A DNA stretch of 62,160 bases, counting the filler. It is 6 parts of 6 records of this genome, joined end to end, with 100 filler letters (N's around TTAATTAATTAA, not from the genome) between each part and the next. Parts side by side here need not be neighbours in the genome. Positions count along the whole stretch, not along the records: positions 1 to 20,176 come from SRR2962707_1169; positions 20,277 to 26,613 come from SRR2962707_1171; positions 26,714 to 32,937 come from SRR2962707_1173; 3 more parts are not named here. The stretch is one strand, 5' to 3'. Both the position numbers and the translations under genes were made by a program. Below are positions 15,201 to 26,788 of the stretch, piece by piece (within the stretch, counting starts at the first letter, position 1; the number at the start of each line of letters is the position of its first letter). The notes beneath the pieces were generated by a model. That model saw only the letters and a program-made list of their open reading frames with translations. It did not search any database and had not been told where the DNA came from.

Positions 15201-18200
15201 CGCAATGGAAGGACGTTCTTACGTCTCGGTCTGAGATATTGAGTAGTCATATTAACTTGGACTTCGCTGGCATTGGGTTAAGTATTGTGGGTGCCGAGGA
15301 CCACTGTCCACAGCTGCAAAATTATTTTGGACGGGAACTTCTGTACATCTCGGTCCTCGGAATGGCTGTTGATTATCGAGTTCACGACGATGACAGAAAG
15401 GTTATTGTACTCCGTGTTCATAACTTCCAAATCGACAATCAAGATCCTGCCGCCGAGTACGCTACAGCGTCGTGATGTTGTACTTTTGTATTTTTAGCGC
15501 GAGGGGACTTGGGCCGGATGCCAAATTTTCATGGTCTCTTTGTGCTGTGTAGGTATCCAACAATTTTGAGCCGAACACTTAAATCTGACTTTGCTCGACC
15601 GATGCTGCACCTGCTGGTGATCCAGCCTGCCCACCCGACCGTGACAACATTCGACTGTGTCGAGTTTTTGCTTCAGACAATTGAGCTGAAGTGTGACCTT
15701 GCAATGCTTCAGGGCTTGCTTGGCTTTGCAAAAGCAGCATTCCCTGCGGGCGACGACAAAGTCTTAATGAACAATGATGTTGGTGGCGGCGCTGACGTTG
15801 GCGATTCCGATGACGACGATGCAGAAAACAATCCAGGTGGCGGTGGCAACAACAGTTCGTCGGGAAAGGGAGCTCGGGCCACCGACAAGCCTCGTACATT
15901 TAGCAACGAGGAACTTTTGCAGTCCGTACACAGCGAATGTGTTTGGGTGCAGTCGATCGCTGCAACTGAGGGAAAGCAGGGCATTTTCTTTTTCAGCATG
16001 CTGAACCTTCAACCAATAAAAGTGAACGTGACCTTTACGATAAACACTGGGCAGTCACTCGTAGAGAGTCTCGGGTTTCTGTCAGACGTGGCGATAATGC
16101 GACCGTTGCTTGTAATGGTCAATGCGCTGGGGGCTATGATCGGAAATATTGACGGGGCTGAATTGCGGCTGAAGTCGTTCTACGTGGAAAATTTACTCGG
16201 GACCCAAGATGTGCTTACAGCGACGCTCACGACTCATTATGTGTCGCAGTTGATCAAAAACTCTTATGCAATCTTCGGGTCGCTTGACTTTTTGGGTAAT
16301 CCCTTGCGACTGGCCAAGACCATGGGAACCGGCTTCAAGGACTTCTTTTTTGAACCAACGCAAGGCCTTATGTCTTCGCCAGAAGATTTCGCGAAAGGAC
16401 TGAGCAAAGGCGCTCGGTCGTTGATGGAGGGATTTGGTGCCACCTTCCATTCAGGTGCCAAATTCATGGAGACAATAAACAAGGGCCTCACCAAGGCTGC
16501 CTTTGACACTGATTATGAGCGCTCTCGCGCTGCGCGCCTGAAGCGTGACAAGGTACACCTTTTTGAACGTTGCTTATTGATTCCGGGAGCGCAAATATTG
16601 TTGCTTATTGTTATTCCTTTTCTGCTGCCACCCTCATTTGGCCAACTGCCACTAAGGTGCACAATGGACTTGAGGGTCTCACCTATGGCGCTAAAAGTCT
16701 TGGGCTCGGGCTGGCCGAAGGAATTTCCGGAGTTTTCGTACAACCTGTGAAAATGGCAATGCGGGAGGGAGTCGGAGGATTTTTCAAGGGCATTGGCATG
16801 GGTGAGGATGCTGTGTTTGCAATGGGGCCGCATGGTTTTTTAAATGCAATTGTGATGACGTTGCTGATTTGTGGCCTGTCCGATGTAGGTCTGACAGGGC
16901 TGGTGGTGAAGCCCGTTGCTGGCGTGGTAGATTTTTTGACATCAACTATGCAAGGCGCTTCCAAGTCGGCTGAGTTCTTCAATCGAGGTCTGATTGTGCG
17001 CGTTCGTCAACCGCGCGCTATTTTTTCCGACCGCACAATCATGCGCTTCTCCGCTCGAGAAGCTGAGGGACTGCACATCTGCTGGTCACTGCGTAGTAGC
17101 CACAAACACGTCATGTCCGACTACGTGTAAGTGCCCTGATTTTGAAGTCTTGATACGTGATGCACGAACTACCCGTTGCGTTGACGATTGAGGTCCCGGC
17201 TTTGTCTGTTATGCAGCTTTCATACCGAGATAGCACAGCGAATTCTTAAGTCTTCAGCTGCAAACGAAAATGACAAGGGGCGCCAGGCAGTTGTGCTCAC
17301 AACGGACGAGCTGCGCTGCTATGAAATCGACCACCTGCTTTTACGAGCTGCGACGAACTCGTCATTGTTGTGGCGAGTTAAGCTAGAGCATCTGCAGCGC
17401 GTGTCGGTTGATGGTTGCGCTGTGCGATTCTACAGCGCAAGTTCGAAGAAGGACGTGCATGGTAAAACTGAGGCACCCGTTGTTTTCCCCGTTACTGTGG
17501 GCTCCGACTTTGTCGCGGACTTATTAGCGAGTACGGTAGAGGATTTACAAACCAACGCTGCAGTTTTGAGTGTCCAAACCGCTGCCAGGCGGGAGTTTTT
17601 GCAAACTTTGCGACTCCATTTATTGCGAAAGGAGGCCAAACATAATGGCACGGATTGGCTCCACAGTGAGAAAGGTGTGCAGGTGGCTCGCGGATACGTC
17701 ACACCAGACCTTGCGAACGGCAGTAATTTGGGGTTCGTTGGTTCTTTCAACGACGCACTTCCGCTGCAGGGCGGACCGTGCTTTGCCTTGTTGTGTGTCG
17801 TGACTCATGAGCTGATTTCGTAAATCCCACTGCCATTCCACAGGTACGGCGGCACTGACCCAGATGCGCGAGTGGCAGTCGAAGTTCCGGAACCAAGACA
17901 ATTATCAGCACAGGAAGTTCTGTCTCTCCTGCAGGACGAGATCGACCTTGCCCATCCTCAGGGACCGAAAACTCCGGCACCGTGGCGCATCGTGAAAGCT
18001 GTGATTAGTAGCACAAGTGTCGTACCTGAGCGCAAGCGTACTATTTGTGGTACGCTGCGGCTGCGTTGCTGCTGCGGATTTTGACTTTCAAGCTAGGCTT
18101 TGCTTTGCTTGTTTTTGTCTGATTTCCACTGATAACGGGCTTGCAGGTCCGATCAAGTCCAAATTCGTGTCTTACACGATCGATCTGTACGCTGCACCTA

Positions 18201-18773
18201 CCGACTGCTGGCTACAACAACAAGGGGGGTCGGCATCGTGCCGTCGAGTCTTTGGCCGCGATGGATTTTCTGCACAATTTCCCTTTTTGTTGAAGTGGTC
18301 TGTTGCGCGCCGCTACGCGCAGTTCAGGCAACTCGCATTGCAGATGAGGACCAAGTCCTTAATCAGTGCTCTCCCGCCACGTCAGGGCAGCAAAGTGTCG
18401 GAGGCTGTCACAGCCAATCGCAAGGTGTACTTCTCACGCTTTCTGCGGCGGCTTCTCCCGAAGCAAGGTGTCGCCCGCATTAAAGAGTTCCTTGCTGGTG
18501 GCATGGTAGGTTCTTCCCAATGGCTTGGACGCCTTCTACATGGTTTCGTTTCCGCTGCACCACCCATATGTGATTGCTCCTGTGAATTGCGCGCAGGTGG
18601 ACATCGAGTGGGTGCGTGCGAACACAATTGTTGGTGCCCTGGCATCGATAGAGCGCTCTGAAGAGGAAGATGACGGCGAGAGTGAGCAACGGCGAAGAAG
18701 TGGTTCCCGTCGAGGCGGAGGGCCGGCAACAGTGCGGGGTTCGACCCTTGATACGATTGACGAATCAGATTAA
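253..18773 (+). CDS. VPS13: VPS13-family bridge-like lipid transfer protein, about 18 exons, roughly 5,500 aa, with C2-like, PDZ and C-terminal PX modules
   Basis: N-terminal chorein domain (LLQKYLGKYIKGL..LSLKW...GFVGKLRLVIPW). VPS13 motifs: YYNEKLTVWEPMVEPW, RTKVVNVFPRFHLFN, YRVENQ..F.WDDP, ELLYISV..FQIDNQ, GSLDFLGNP, KPVAGVVDF..RVRQPR. GT-AG introns restore the frame between consecutive ORFs, e.g. 1902-2053, 2618-2715, 8488-8607, 8824-8951, 10797-10949, 11145-11256, 12127-12230, 14592-14670, 15457-15552, 16553-16656, 17778-17843. Stop TAA at 18771-18773. Confidence 0.9.
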
Positions 18774-18867
18774 CTGTCGGTACTTCATGCATGGCGACTT
18801 CCAATCGAATGCAAGGTGTGCGTGTTGCGCGTGATTCCGACTGTAGCTGGCATGGCAGACTTAATAG

Positions 18868-20136
18868 TTACTCCTCTTTGAGACCACTCCACCATTGGTA
18901 CTTTTGTTGGTGTTGACGTTGGTGGAGGGCCCCTTTCGCGCCACGGGAGGCGGCAGCCCCCGCGGGGGGAACGCGGCCACCACCGAGAATATCTCGTCCC
19001 GTTACCCATTCAAACGGGAGGATATGATCACGGGTCAGTTTGTGCAAGGCGTGCATCACCTCACCCTCGTTCAACACACGGCCTTCCCACTGTTGCTTCA
19101 GCCGTTGCAGCTTGTCCGCATTATCCATGACAGGGAATAGTTGCACAATATCCTTCAACGCCATGACCATCTGTCGGTCTGATGACGTGGCTGCAGGAAC
19201 GTCCACGCCGTGCACACCTGGACTTTTCAAAGCATTTTCAAACCGTTGCAAAAATGGATGCAGGTCCTTCTTCATGGCCATGGCAGCACCGACCTCCGAC
19301 TGCAAGGCTGTGAGGGCGTCGCGAGTCGGCTCGGGGAAAGCAAGCTTGTCCATTGCCGCGACGCGGCCGAACACGCGCTGGATTACCGCACTCAGGTCCC
19401 CGCCGAGCGCTGCAAGTCGTGCCTTTGCATCCGGCAGCACCTGCCCGTCACGCCCGACGCGCGGCGCGCGAGCAGCGTGCACTCCAGCCTTTTCACCCCC
19501 CTTGAGCGGCCCTGCTTCACCGTCACGCACCACCCTGGCGACGGAGTTGCGAGCCCCCTGTACCGGCCGTATTTTTTCTCTGGACTCTGGCATGACGTCG
19601 TCTTCCGCCATGAGGTTGTTGATGGCGGACAGGAGGTCCTTCGCCCTCTCGCTTTCATCGCCGACCATGTCGGAGTACTCGTCCAGCACGCCGTAGATCT
19701 TGTCGCTGAACGCCTCGACAATAGCCTGCACATCGTCCGATGACGTGGCGGAGGCGATGGAGTTGAGAAGCTCGTCCACGGCCTTCGTGACCTGCACCTC
19801 GACGACCTGCACGGTCTGCTTCTGGTGCATTTCCCCACGCAAGAACGTGGTCAGGAGGTTGCCCACCTGCAGGAACTGCGTGAACGCCTCCTGCTCCACG
19901 GCCTCATGTTCCACGCGTTCGTCTAGGTTGATGCCCTGCTGGAACGACACCTCCCAGCGGGACAGGAAGATCGCGAGCCCCCCCACCACCAGGAACACCA
20001 GGCAGAACGCCCCCGCGAACTTGAGCAACGTGCTCCGGATCAGGAAAGCCTCCTCCTTGTCGCCCGATCCCGCCTTCGTGCGCTGGATGCCGACGGCTTT
20101 TCCGAGTTCCACGTCCAACTTGGCCATTTTTTTCAT
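18868..20136 (-). CDS. Hypothetical single-pass (type II-like) membrane protein, 422 aa, no introns seen; may be 5'-incomplete
   Basis: Long ORF with GC3-rich codons, one hydrophobic segment (FAGAFCLVFLVVGGLAIFL) and a helical remainder. It converges on VPS13 and starts 40 nt from the contig end. Confidence 0.65.
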   Translation of the reverse strand: MKKMAKLDVELGKAVGIQRTKAGSGDKEEAFLIRSTLLKFAGAFCLVFLVVGGLAIFLSRWEVSFQQGINLDERVEHEAVEQEAFTQFLQVGNLLTTFLRGEMHQKQTVQVVEVQVTKAVDELLNSIASATSSDDVQAIVEAFSDKIYGVLDEYSDMVGDESERAKDLLSAINNLMAEDDVMPESREKIRPVQGARNSVARVVRDGEAGPLKGGEKAGVHAARAPRVGRDGQVLPDAKARLAALGGDLSAVIQRVFGRVAAMDKLAFPEPTRDALTALQSEVGAAMAMKKDLHPFLQRFENALKSPGVHGVDVPAATSSDRQMVMALKDIVQLFPVMDNADKLQRLKQQWEGRVLNEGEVMHALHKLTRDHILPFEWVTGRDILGGGRVPPAGAAASRGAKGALHQRQHQQKYQWWSGLKEE

Positions 20137-20176
20137 CTATCACCTGGACTCAAACGTATAAGCAGCAGCGTGCGGG

Positions 20177-20276
20177 NNNNNNNNNNNNNNNNNNNNNNNN
20201 NNNNNNNNNNNNNNNNNNNNTTAATTAATTAANNNNNNNNNNNNNNNNNNNNNNNNNNNNNNNNNNNNNNNNNNNN
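20177..20276. other. Artificial contig linker (N44-TTAATTAATTAA-N44)
   Basis: Six-frame-stop spacer, identical at five places in the window. Confidence 0.99.
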
Positions 20277-20304
20277 AACAACAACAACAACATCAACAAC
20301 AACA
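20277..20304. repeat. (AAC)n microsatellite inside an ACC intron at the contig end
   Basis: Near-perfect AAC run next to the linker. Confidence 0.85.
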
Positions 20305-20317
20305 ACTCCTTGCATAC

Positions 20318-23300
20318 CGTTCAGCTCCAACAATAGTAGTTTCCATTTCAACGGTGCCCTTCTTTGCCGAGCCTGGGCCAGCTTTAGCAGCAAGTTCACT
20401 TGCAGTGGTGGAAGTCGCTCCTGGCGACGGTTTGGAGCGACGCGTCGATGGGACCATGCGAACCTCAAGCCGTCGCACAAGCACCCGGACGAAGAAAGCA
20501 GATGGTCCATTGACGGCAGGTGTGTTGCCGACTCGTTCCGGTGGCTTGGGAGTCGCGTAGTAAGCGCGCACAACTCGATTGGAAGTGTCCAACATTCGAA
20601 TATTGTAGTTGCAAAGCCGGTGCAGCTCAAGGTGGTGTGCCATTGGGGGCTCGATATGTCGCAGAAGCTGATCTTCGCGGAAATCTAGGGTGTTGCGGTA
20701 CGTGAACAGCTTTGACGGATGGACTCCAGTTGTGCGAATGTCGAAGGAACTTGGGGATGGCGAAGCGACCTTATCTGAAATACCTCCTCCGCTTTGCACG
20801 AAAGTTATTCGCCGGATGTTGGAGGAGCGAAGTTTGTCAGAAATGGTGCAAACAAAAGTGTAGAGTTGGCGAGACAACTCTGCATCGGACAGATTGGATG
20901 GGAGAGCACCATTGTCGACAAGCTCTTTTGCAGGGGGCAAGAGCACGTGGAGCACCGACTGTGGAAGCACACCCTTGATGAGGCCACTAGATGGGTGAGA
21001 AGATCCAGACGACAGCGCGGAACTTCGAGCAAAAGCCACATGACCATTGCTTGCGCGAGGCACACCAAGCCGGCCACCGAAAGGGTTGCCACCGATGCCG
21101 GCATTACGCACTGCTGAGCTGGCAACGGGATTGAGAGAACCTTTACTGGTGGACACGGTCACACCCATTCTCAAGGCCGACTGCAGAGCATCAATGATGT
21201 CCACAACCACACTGCGCCCACGCACAGACTTGAGCGCGACAAACAGAGCAGCACGAATCTCGGACGATGACTCAGAGCTCCCTTCATCGAGGCTGGCACT
21301 GCGGGCCGCACGAGGCGCACCAAGACTTGGAGTGGTCATGCCTGCCAAGTTAGAGTTCGAAGTTGACCGATTCATGTTGGGTTGCAAAAGATTGCTTGCG
21401 TTGAACCGACTTGCACCAGCACTCGTTGGGCTTCGGCCAAAGTTGTCTTCCTTTGAGCGACGGAAGCTGCTGGGGTTTGCGTCTCCGGCCAACGAGCCAA
21501 GTTCTCCACGCAAGCGTAGAAGCACGGATGTCCCAAGGTCAGACGGCTGATTCAAACCACTAATTGCATCGAGCGGACCGACACCACAAATACCATATGA
21601 CCGGTACACACGCAGTGCGTACACTTGAAGGGCGACGTGCTGTAACGCAGTTCGATCAGTTTCAAAGTTGCCGTTTGAGGAATTGTCTGTGCTATCCGTG
21701 CCCGCCGTTTGAAAGACACGAACATCGGCCTCCGTTGGACTTGAAGCCAAATCCAGAAGAACCTCCATAAGATCGTCGGTGTTGTTGTCCATCAACCAGT
21801 CGATATTCTTCATGGCCGCTCCGTACGGACTGGCGTTAGCAAGCCGTTGAGAATCCAGTAGAGCCTACGCGAGTGAGCAGAGTGGTTAGCAAGCACAAGT
21901 ACCCTCCACGCAAAACAAAAGCGCAACGGCTATGGCTGAGACGCCGAGAAAATGCACCCACCTCGCTCCCCATGTCGCTACCGCCTCGAAGGCACTCAAT
22001 GATGTGCTCTCGGAGCCTCTTCATGGAGGGAAGCTGCGACGAAATCAATTTTTGTCTCGCGGCCAGGGCAACTGCTTTGTACTCGCTGCCCTTGTCAAGG
22101 AGAGTCAGCTTCTCGAGGTACTGCATGAACTCCGTGTCAGCCTCGTTCACGGCCTGCTGTTGTGCAGTGCTTCGCGCAACCGTCAGCGGTGCAGTGGAGA
22201 ACTCGCCCATATTAGACCACGACACGACATTTGTCTGGGCAAGAGCGAGTACCACAGCTGTCAAACATCGCACATCATATCATGAAATCCAAGGCACTCC
22301 AGTTCGTTCACGCAACGCACCATGACAAGCGGGATGAGGGCCAGCGTTTTCAGAACGAGGCGATTTTTCGAAATCAAGCGAGCATGCGACAGAGCTACTT
22401 TGTAGACTGCTTCCAGATTATCGGGGTGGCTCGAGCGAATAGCACGGATGGCATCTTCCACTTGAAAATTGTGCTGGTTGTATACTTTTTCCACTTCGAT
22501 GTATTGAGCCAACACAGGTGACAGTTCAATGAAGAAACGATGGCGTAGACCGCGGGAATAACTACCGGACAGGCACAACACGCATGTCAAGGACGAATAC
22601 AGTTGAAAGGGTTTCCTCGCATTGTCAGCACGATTGGAATGAAGCGTGAACCGCGCACGGACCGACTGGCCAATTGAAGTAACGGCTCAACAGCAGCATC
22701 TAACGCAGCAGCTGCACGGCTGTGGTCGGCGTGTTCACCGTCGCTTCCGCTGGCCTTGGTCCTCGAAAAGTGCTCAGCTTTTCCCTCACGAATCAATGCT
22801 GGAATGCGAGCAACAAGGCGCCATGACTGAGGCATTTCATCGCTTTCCGGAAACGTTACTGCAAACGGATTGCAGCTCTCTGGGCACGATTGTCCCTCGG
22901 GGAATTGTACTTCTTCAACTGCGACGCGAGGCGCAGTTGATGCAGCTTGAGTGTTTTGGCATGCAGCCTCAACTTGGTGCAGCAAATTTGTGAGCCGCGT
23001 CTCCAAGGCAGGGGGAAGGCGCCCAGTGAAAAACGACAGGGCCTCTTGAAATTCGCTGAACGGAAGCTGAGGATCGTTCAAAACATCAGGAAGGGCGCGC
23101 AGCGCAGCGTCCACGCGTGCATGGGGCACTTCAAATCCAGCGACAACATCATCCAGTGTGCCGCGAATCAACTCACGAAGGATCCCATGAGGCTTCACGG
23201 GTGCTCCTCGTCTTGTGCCTCGGCCGTGCGGCTTCATGATCCAGGCGGCAGGAATACGACCATCAAATGGAGTGCTTGTCTTCACCTTGGATGGGTCTGT

Positions 23301-26025
23301 AAGCTCCAGCCGCGCAACGAGGTCGCCGTCGGACAGCACGCACCCTTCAGTGCACGCATGGCGCAAGACGCCATCTTCTGGCGCTTTGAGCGACAAGAAC
23401 ATCTTCATGACCTCAACTTCAGCGTATGGGTCACCTGCGGAAAGAGTGGCTCCGTCTTCGGCAAGAAAGCGGGTAAGTTTGCCTGCCATCTCTGCCCGAA
23501 GGTGCGAAGGGTCATATCTACCCGGACATTGGAGGAAGGACAAGACGTTGTAGAAATGAACGTGGTGTGGCATGCAAATTCAAACACCAACAACGTTTGC
23601 AAAAACGTTTGCACCGACAGCGCAAGCGGCCGCAAGCTGAACGCACTCTTTTGGGAACAAACACGTTTTCCCATCAATCACCATTCGAAGACCAGCGGAT
23701 ACATCTTTGGCGTAGGCAGTGTGACTGCGAGACCCTAGAACAAGAAGTAGGCCTCCGTCCGACAAACGCCGAATACGAAGTTCCGTTGCGGACCCATTGA
23801 TGGACACCACCACCATGTTGGCGCTCATCAGGAAGGTTTCGAAGTTGTACCTAGCATCAGCACCAACACATCAACCTTTAAGGTACAGCGGTGCGCAATG
23901 TAAGGTCCAGGGGACCGGCGTACAGAAAGCCCACCACTTCACTTACTTGACGCCTTCGTAAATCAGGCCAATGGAATGCTTGAGAGTGAGCAGTGACGAT
24001 GGAGGGATTTGCCCACGACGCAAAAAGTCGAGGAACGATTTTTGCGAATCCTCACACTGACGAAACGCTTGCACTGCGGCTGTCAAAATTGCCAACTGAA
24101 GGTGGTTGCCACGATCCACTCGAACATTTCCCTCGATACGTTTGTCAAGCCATGCAGTGTTGACTTCGTAATCACGAAACTCTGGCGTCTGCAACACGTC
24201 AACAAGGTATTCTACGGTGGTCTGAATCTCACCGCGGATGGAGCATTCCTTCAGAGCTTGGACCATGCTTTCCCGGGCCAGCTCGCGGGTGGCACCCCAG
24301 GCAAACAAATGTCCAATCTGCGAGTCTGCGTACTCATGAACTTGACCGGAAGAATCAACAGAGAAGTAACCCCACACGTTTCGTGTTGAGCGGAAATTGA
24401 GTTCCTGGATCGCTCCTGACGTGGGCTGAAATCCTTGATCGGGATTCTCAGCCGTGATGCGGCAGGCAATAACGTGGCCTTGCACCTCACAGGGCACAAG
24501 CTCGCCGTCGCTTGTTTGAAACTTGACTGGCTTCTCGCCAAACGGCTCGTATCTGCACACAAAAAGAAGGGAGAGCGCGGGGAAGCAGGTCACGTCGCTG
24601 ACTTTCTGTCACGCGTCAATTTCTCCAAAAAAGGCGGAGAACGCACAACATGAACAAACGCACTTGTACAAGGAACGGATCTGCGGAATACGGCCAAGAG
24701 GGATGCCCATGGCAACCATGAGTTGGCACGCAGGAAGATTGACACCAGTAATCATTTCAGTGACAGGATGCTCCACTTGAAGGCGGGGGTTGAGTTCCAA
24801 GAACGCAAAGGTTCCATCGGGCATGAAGAGATATTCAACGGTGCCAGCATTCACGTATCCAACTTCCTTGGCAAGTCGAACGGCCGCAGCTTGCATTTGC
24901 GCCCACACTTCTGGTGTCGGGGCCAACGGCGGGCCTTCTTCAATTATTTTCTGGTGGCGACGTTGCACTGAACAGTCACGCCCAGAAAGGGCAATAGCTT
25001 CGCCATACCTGAGTGAGAGGAGCAGCCACAACACATCAAAAACAGGGGTGTGGTTGGGTGGCTGCGTGGTGTCGGCAGTGAAACGAAGTTCAACGAGCAA
25101 CAGAGGCATAGCAGTGCGTTTGAGCGAACTTGTCGGCAAGGAGCTGGACTTCGAGGTGCCTGGCGTCGGGAGCAAGTTTCATGATGAAGATTGGGCTTCC
25201 GGGAATTTCGCCTTGGACTTGGTGAAAGCACAGCTCGACATCCTCTGGACGCAGCACTTTCCGGATACCCTTCCCGCCGCCGCCTTCAGATGCTTTGATC
25301 ATGAGCGGAAAACCAACTTTGGCGCAAGTGGCAATTGCCTGCTCCACGGATGTGACGTTGGCGCTGTCGTAAATTTCTGGAGGGATGCGGCCCTCCTCCG
25401 CGTAGTTGGTCTTGAGTCCATCGCCATTCCAAGCAATTGTGGGCACTCCTGCGCTCTGTGCAATGATCGTAGACCCGATTTTATCGCCCAAAGCGCCCAT
25501 GGGTCCCGCAGGCGGCCCGATAAAGACGATCTGACGCGACTTGACGGCCTCGAGGGCATTGGGTAGCGCTGGGTTTTCACTGGCATGCCCCCACCCAGCC
25601 CACACGGCATCGCACTCGTGCTGCTCCGCAATATTGACGATCAAAACTACGTTGGCATAGTTGCGGTTGTTCGTGCCGTTGGGAACCTCCACGATCTCGT
25701 CCGCCATTCGAATGTACTCAGCGTTGGCGTTCATGTCCTCCGGCGTCGCCATCACCACGAACTGGATCGCTCGCTCGTCGCCAAAGAGGCCGAAGGACCA
25801 TTTGCGAATGGAGCGGATGCACTTCACAGCGCCGATTCCATTGTTGGCAATGAGAACCTTCCGGATAGGAGTGTCGCCACCCACGCGTTCTACGAAAGCG
25901 TCCACACTTTCAAACTTGTGCTGGTCGCCGCGGGAGTGTCCCGAAGCAAGTGCGTCGAGATGGTGCGCCTGCACGTCGTTGGAGGGGCTGCGCTCTCGCA
26001 TGATGATATCGAGGGAGTCGCTCAT
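20318..26025 (-). CDS. ACC1: Eukaryotic multidomain acetyl-CoA carboxylase (BC, BT, BCCP and central domains); carboxyltransferase part lost at the contig end
   Basis: [86 protein letters not shown], and the biotin motif EVEVMKM (~23400). Seven complete GT-AG introns join the ORFs in frame. Confidence 0.96.
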
Positions 26026-26613
26026 GGCGACCGCTTGCCCAAGACTTCGCTGCGGCTCGCTTCTGCGTCAAAGGCACAGCGCGACTCGTTCCCGCTCACT
26101 GTGCGGATGTCACCCTCACAAAAAAAATAAAAAAATAAAAAGAATAGGAAAAAATAAAGTCCGTGGGTTCACTCACTTCGCGACTGTTTCGCCTGCTTCT
26201 TTATTGAGTTCGTGTTTGCTGATTCCAGCAAAAAGAAGGTAACTGGGGAAGAAGGCACAGGGGCAGCGCTTCGCGCTCCGCTTGGTTCTCGCTCGCTCGT
26301 AGCAACTCGCCAGAAAACTTTCAGTCGGCTCCCGCAACTCACGTCTCCTCACCTCACGGCAGCGCTTGCTGGAGCCAGTGAGCTCGAGAGTGAGAGTGGG
26401 CAGGGGAGAGCAAGAGCGAGAGAGCGAGAGAGCGCGTGAGTTTTTTGCATCTGAGCGTGTGACCACCACAGCGAGCATCCCATTTGGACGTACGTACGTA
26501 CGTCCATGCGTACGTGCGTACGCCAAGCACTCTCACTCTCGTGCGCAAGAATTTATTTTCATAGGGGGGACGGACGGAGAGGTGAGTCAAGAGAGAGAGA
26601 GTCAAGAGAGAGA

Positions 26614-26713
26614 NNNNNNNNNNNNNNNNNNNNNNNNNNNNNNNNNNNNNNNNNNNNTTAATTAATTAANNNNNNNNNNNNNNNNNNNNNNNNNNNNNNN
26701 NNNNNNNNNNNNN
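26614..26713. other. Artificial contig linker
   Basis: N44-TTAATTAATTAA-N44, flanked by (GA)n and (GT/GC)n repeats. Confidence 0.99.
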
Positions 26714-26788
26714 TGCGTGCGTGCGTGTGTGTGTGTGCGTGCGCGCCAAGCAGAGGTCGCTGGACAGCAGCAGTGAAGAAGTGTGGGT

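Noticed and set aside
253..18773. Many separate ORFs, or stop-codon reassignment/frameshifting in the eukaryotic genes
   Set aside because: Every break I examined is explained by a short spliceosomal intron under the standard code.
20221..20232. Recurrent TTAATTAATTAA palindrome (5 copies) as a biological repeat
   Set aside because: Always centred in N44 runs; it is a synthetic six-frame-stop linker.
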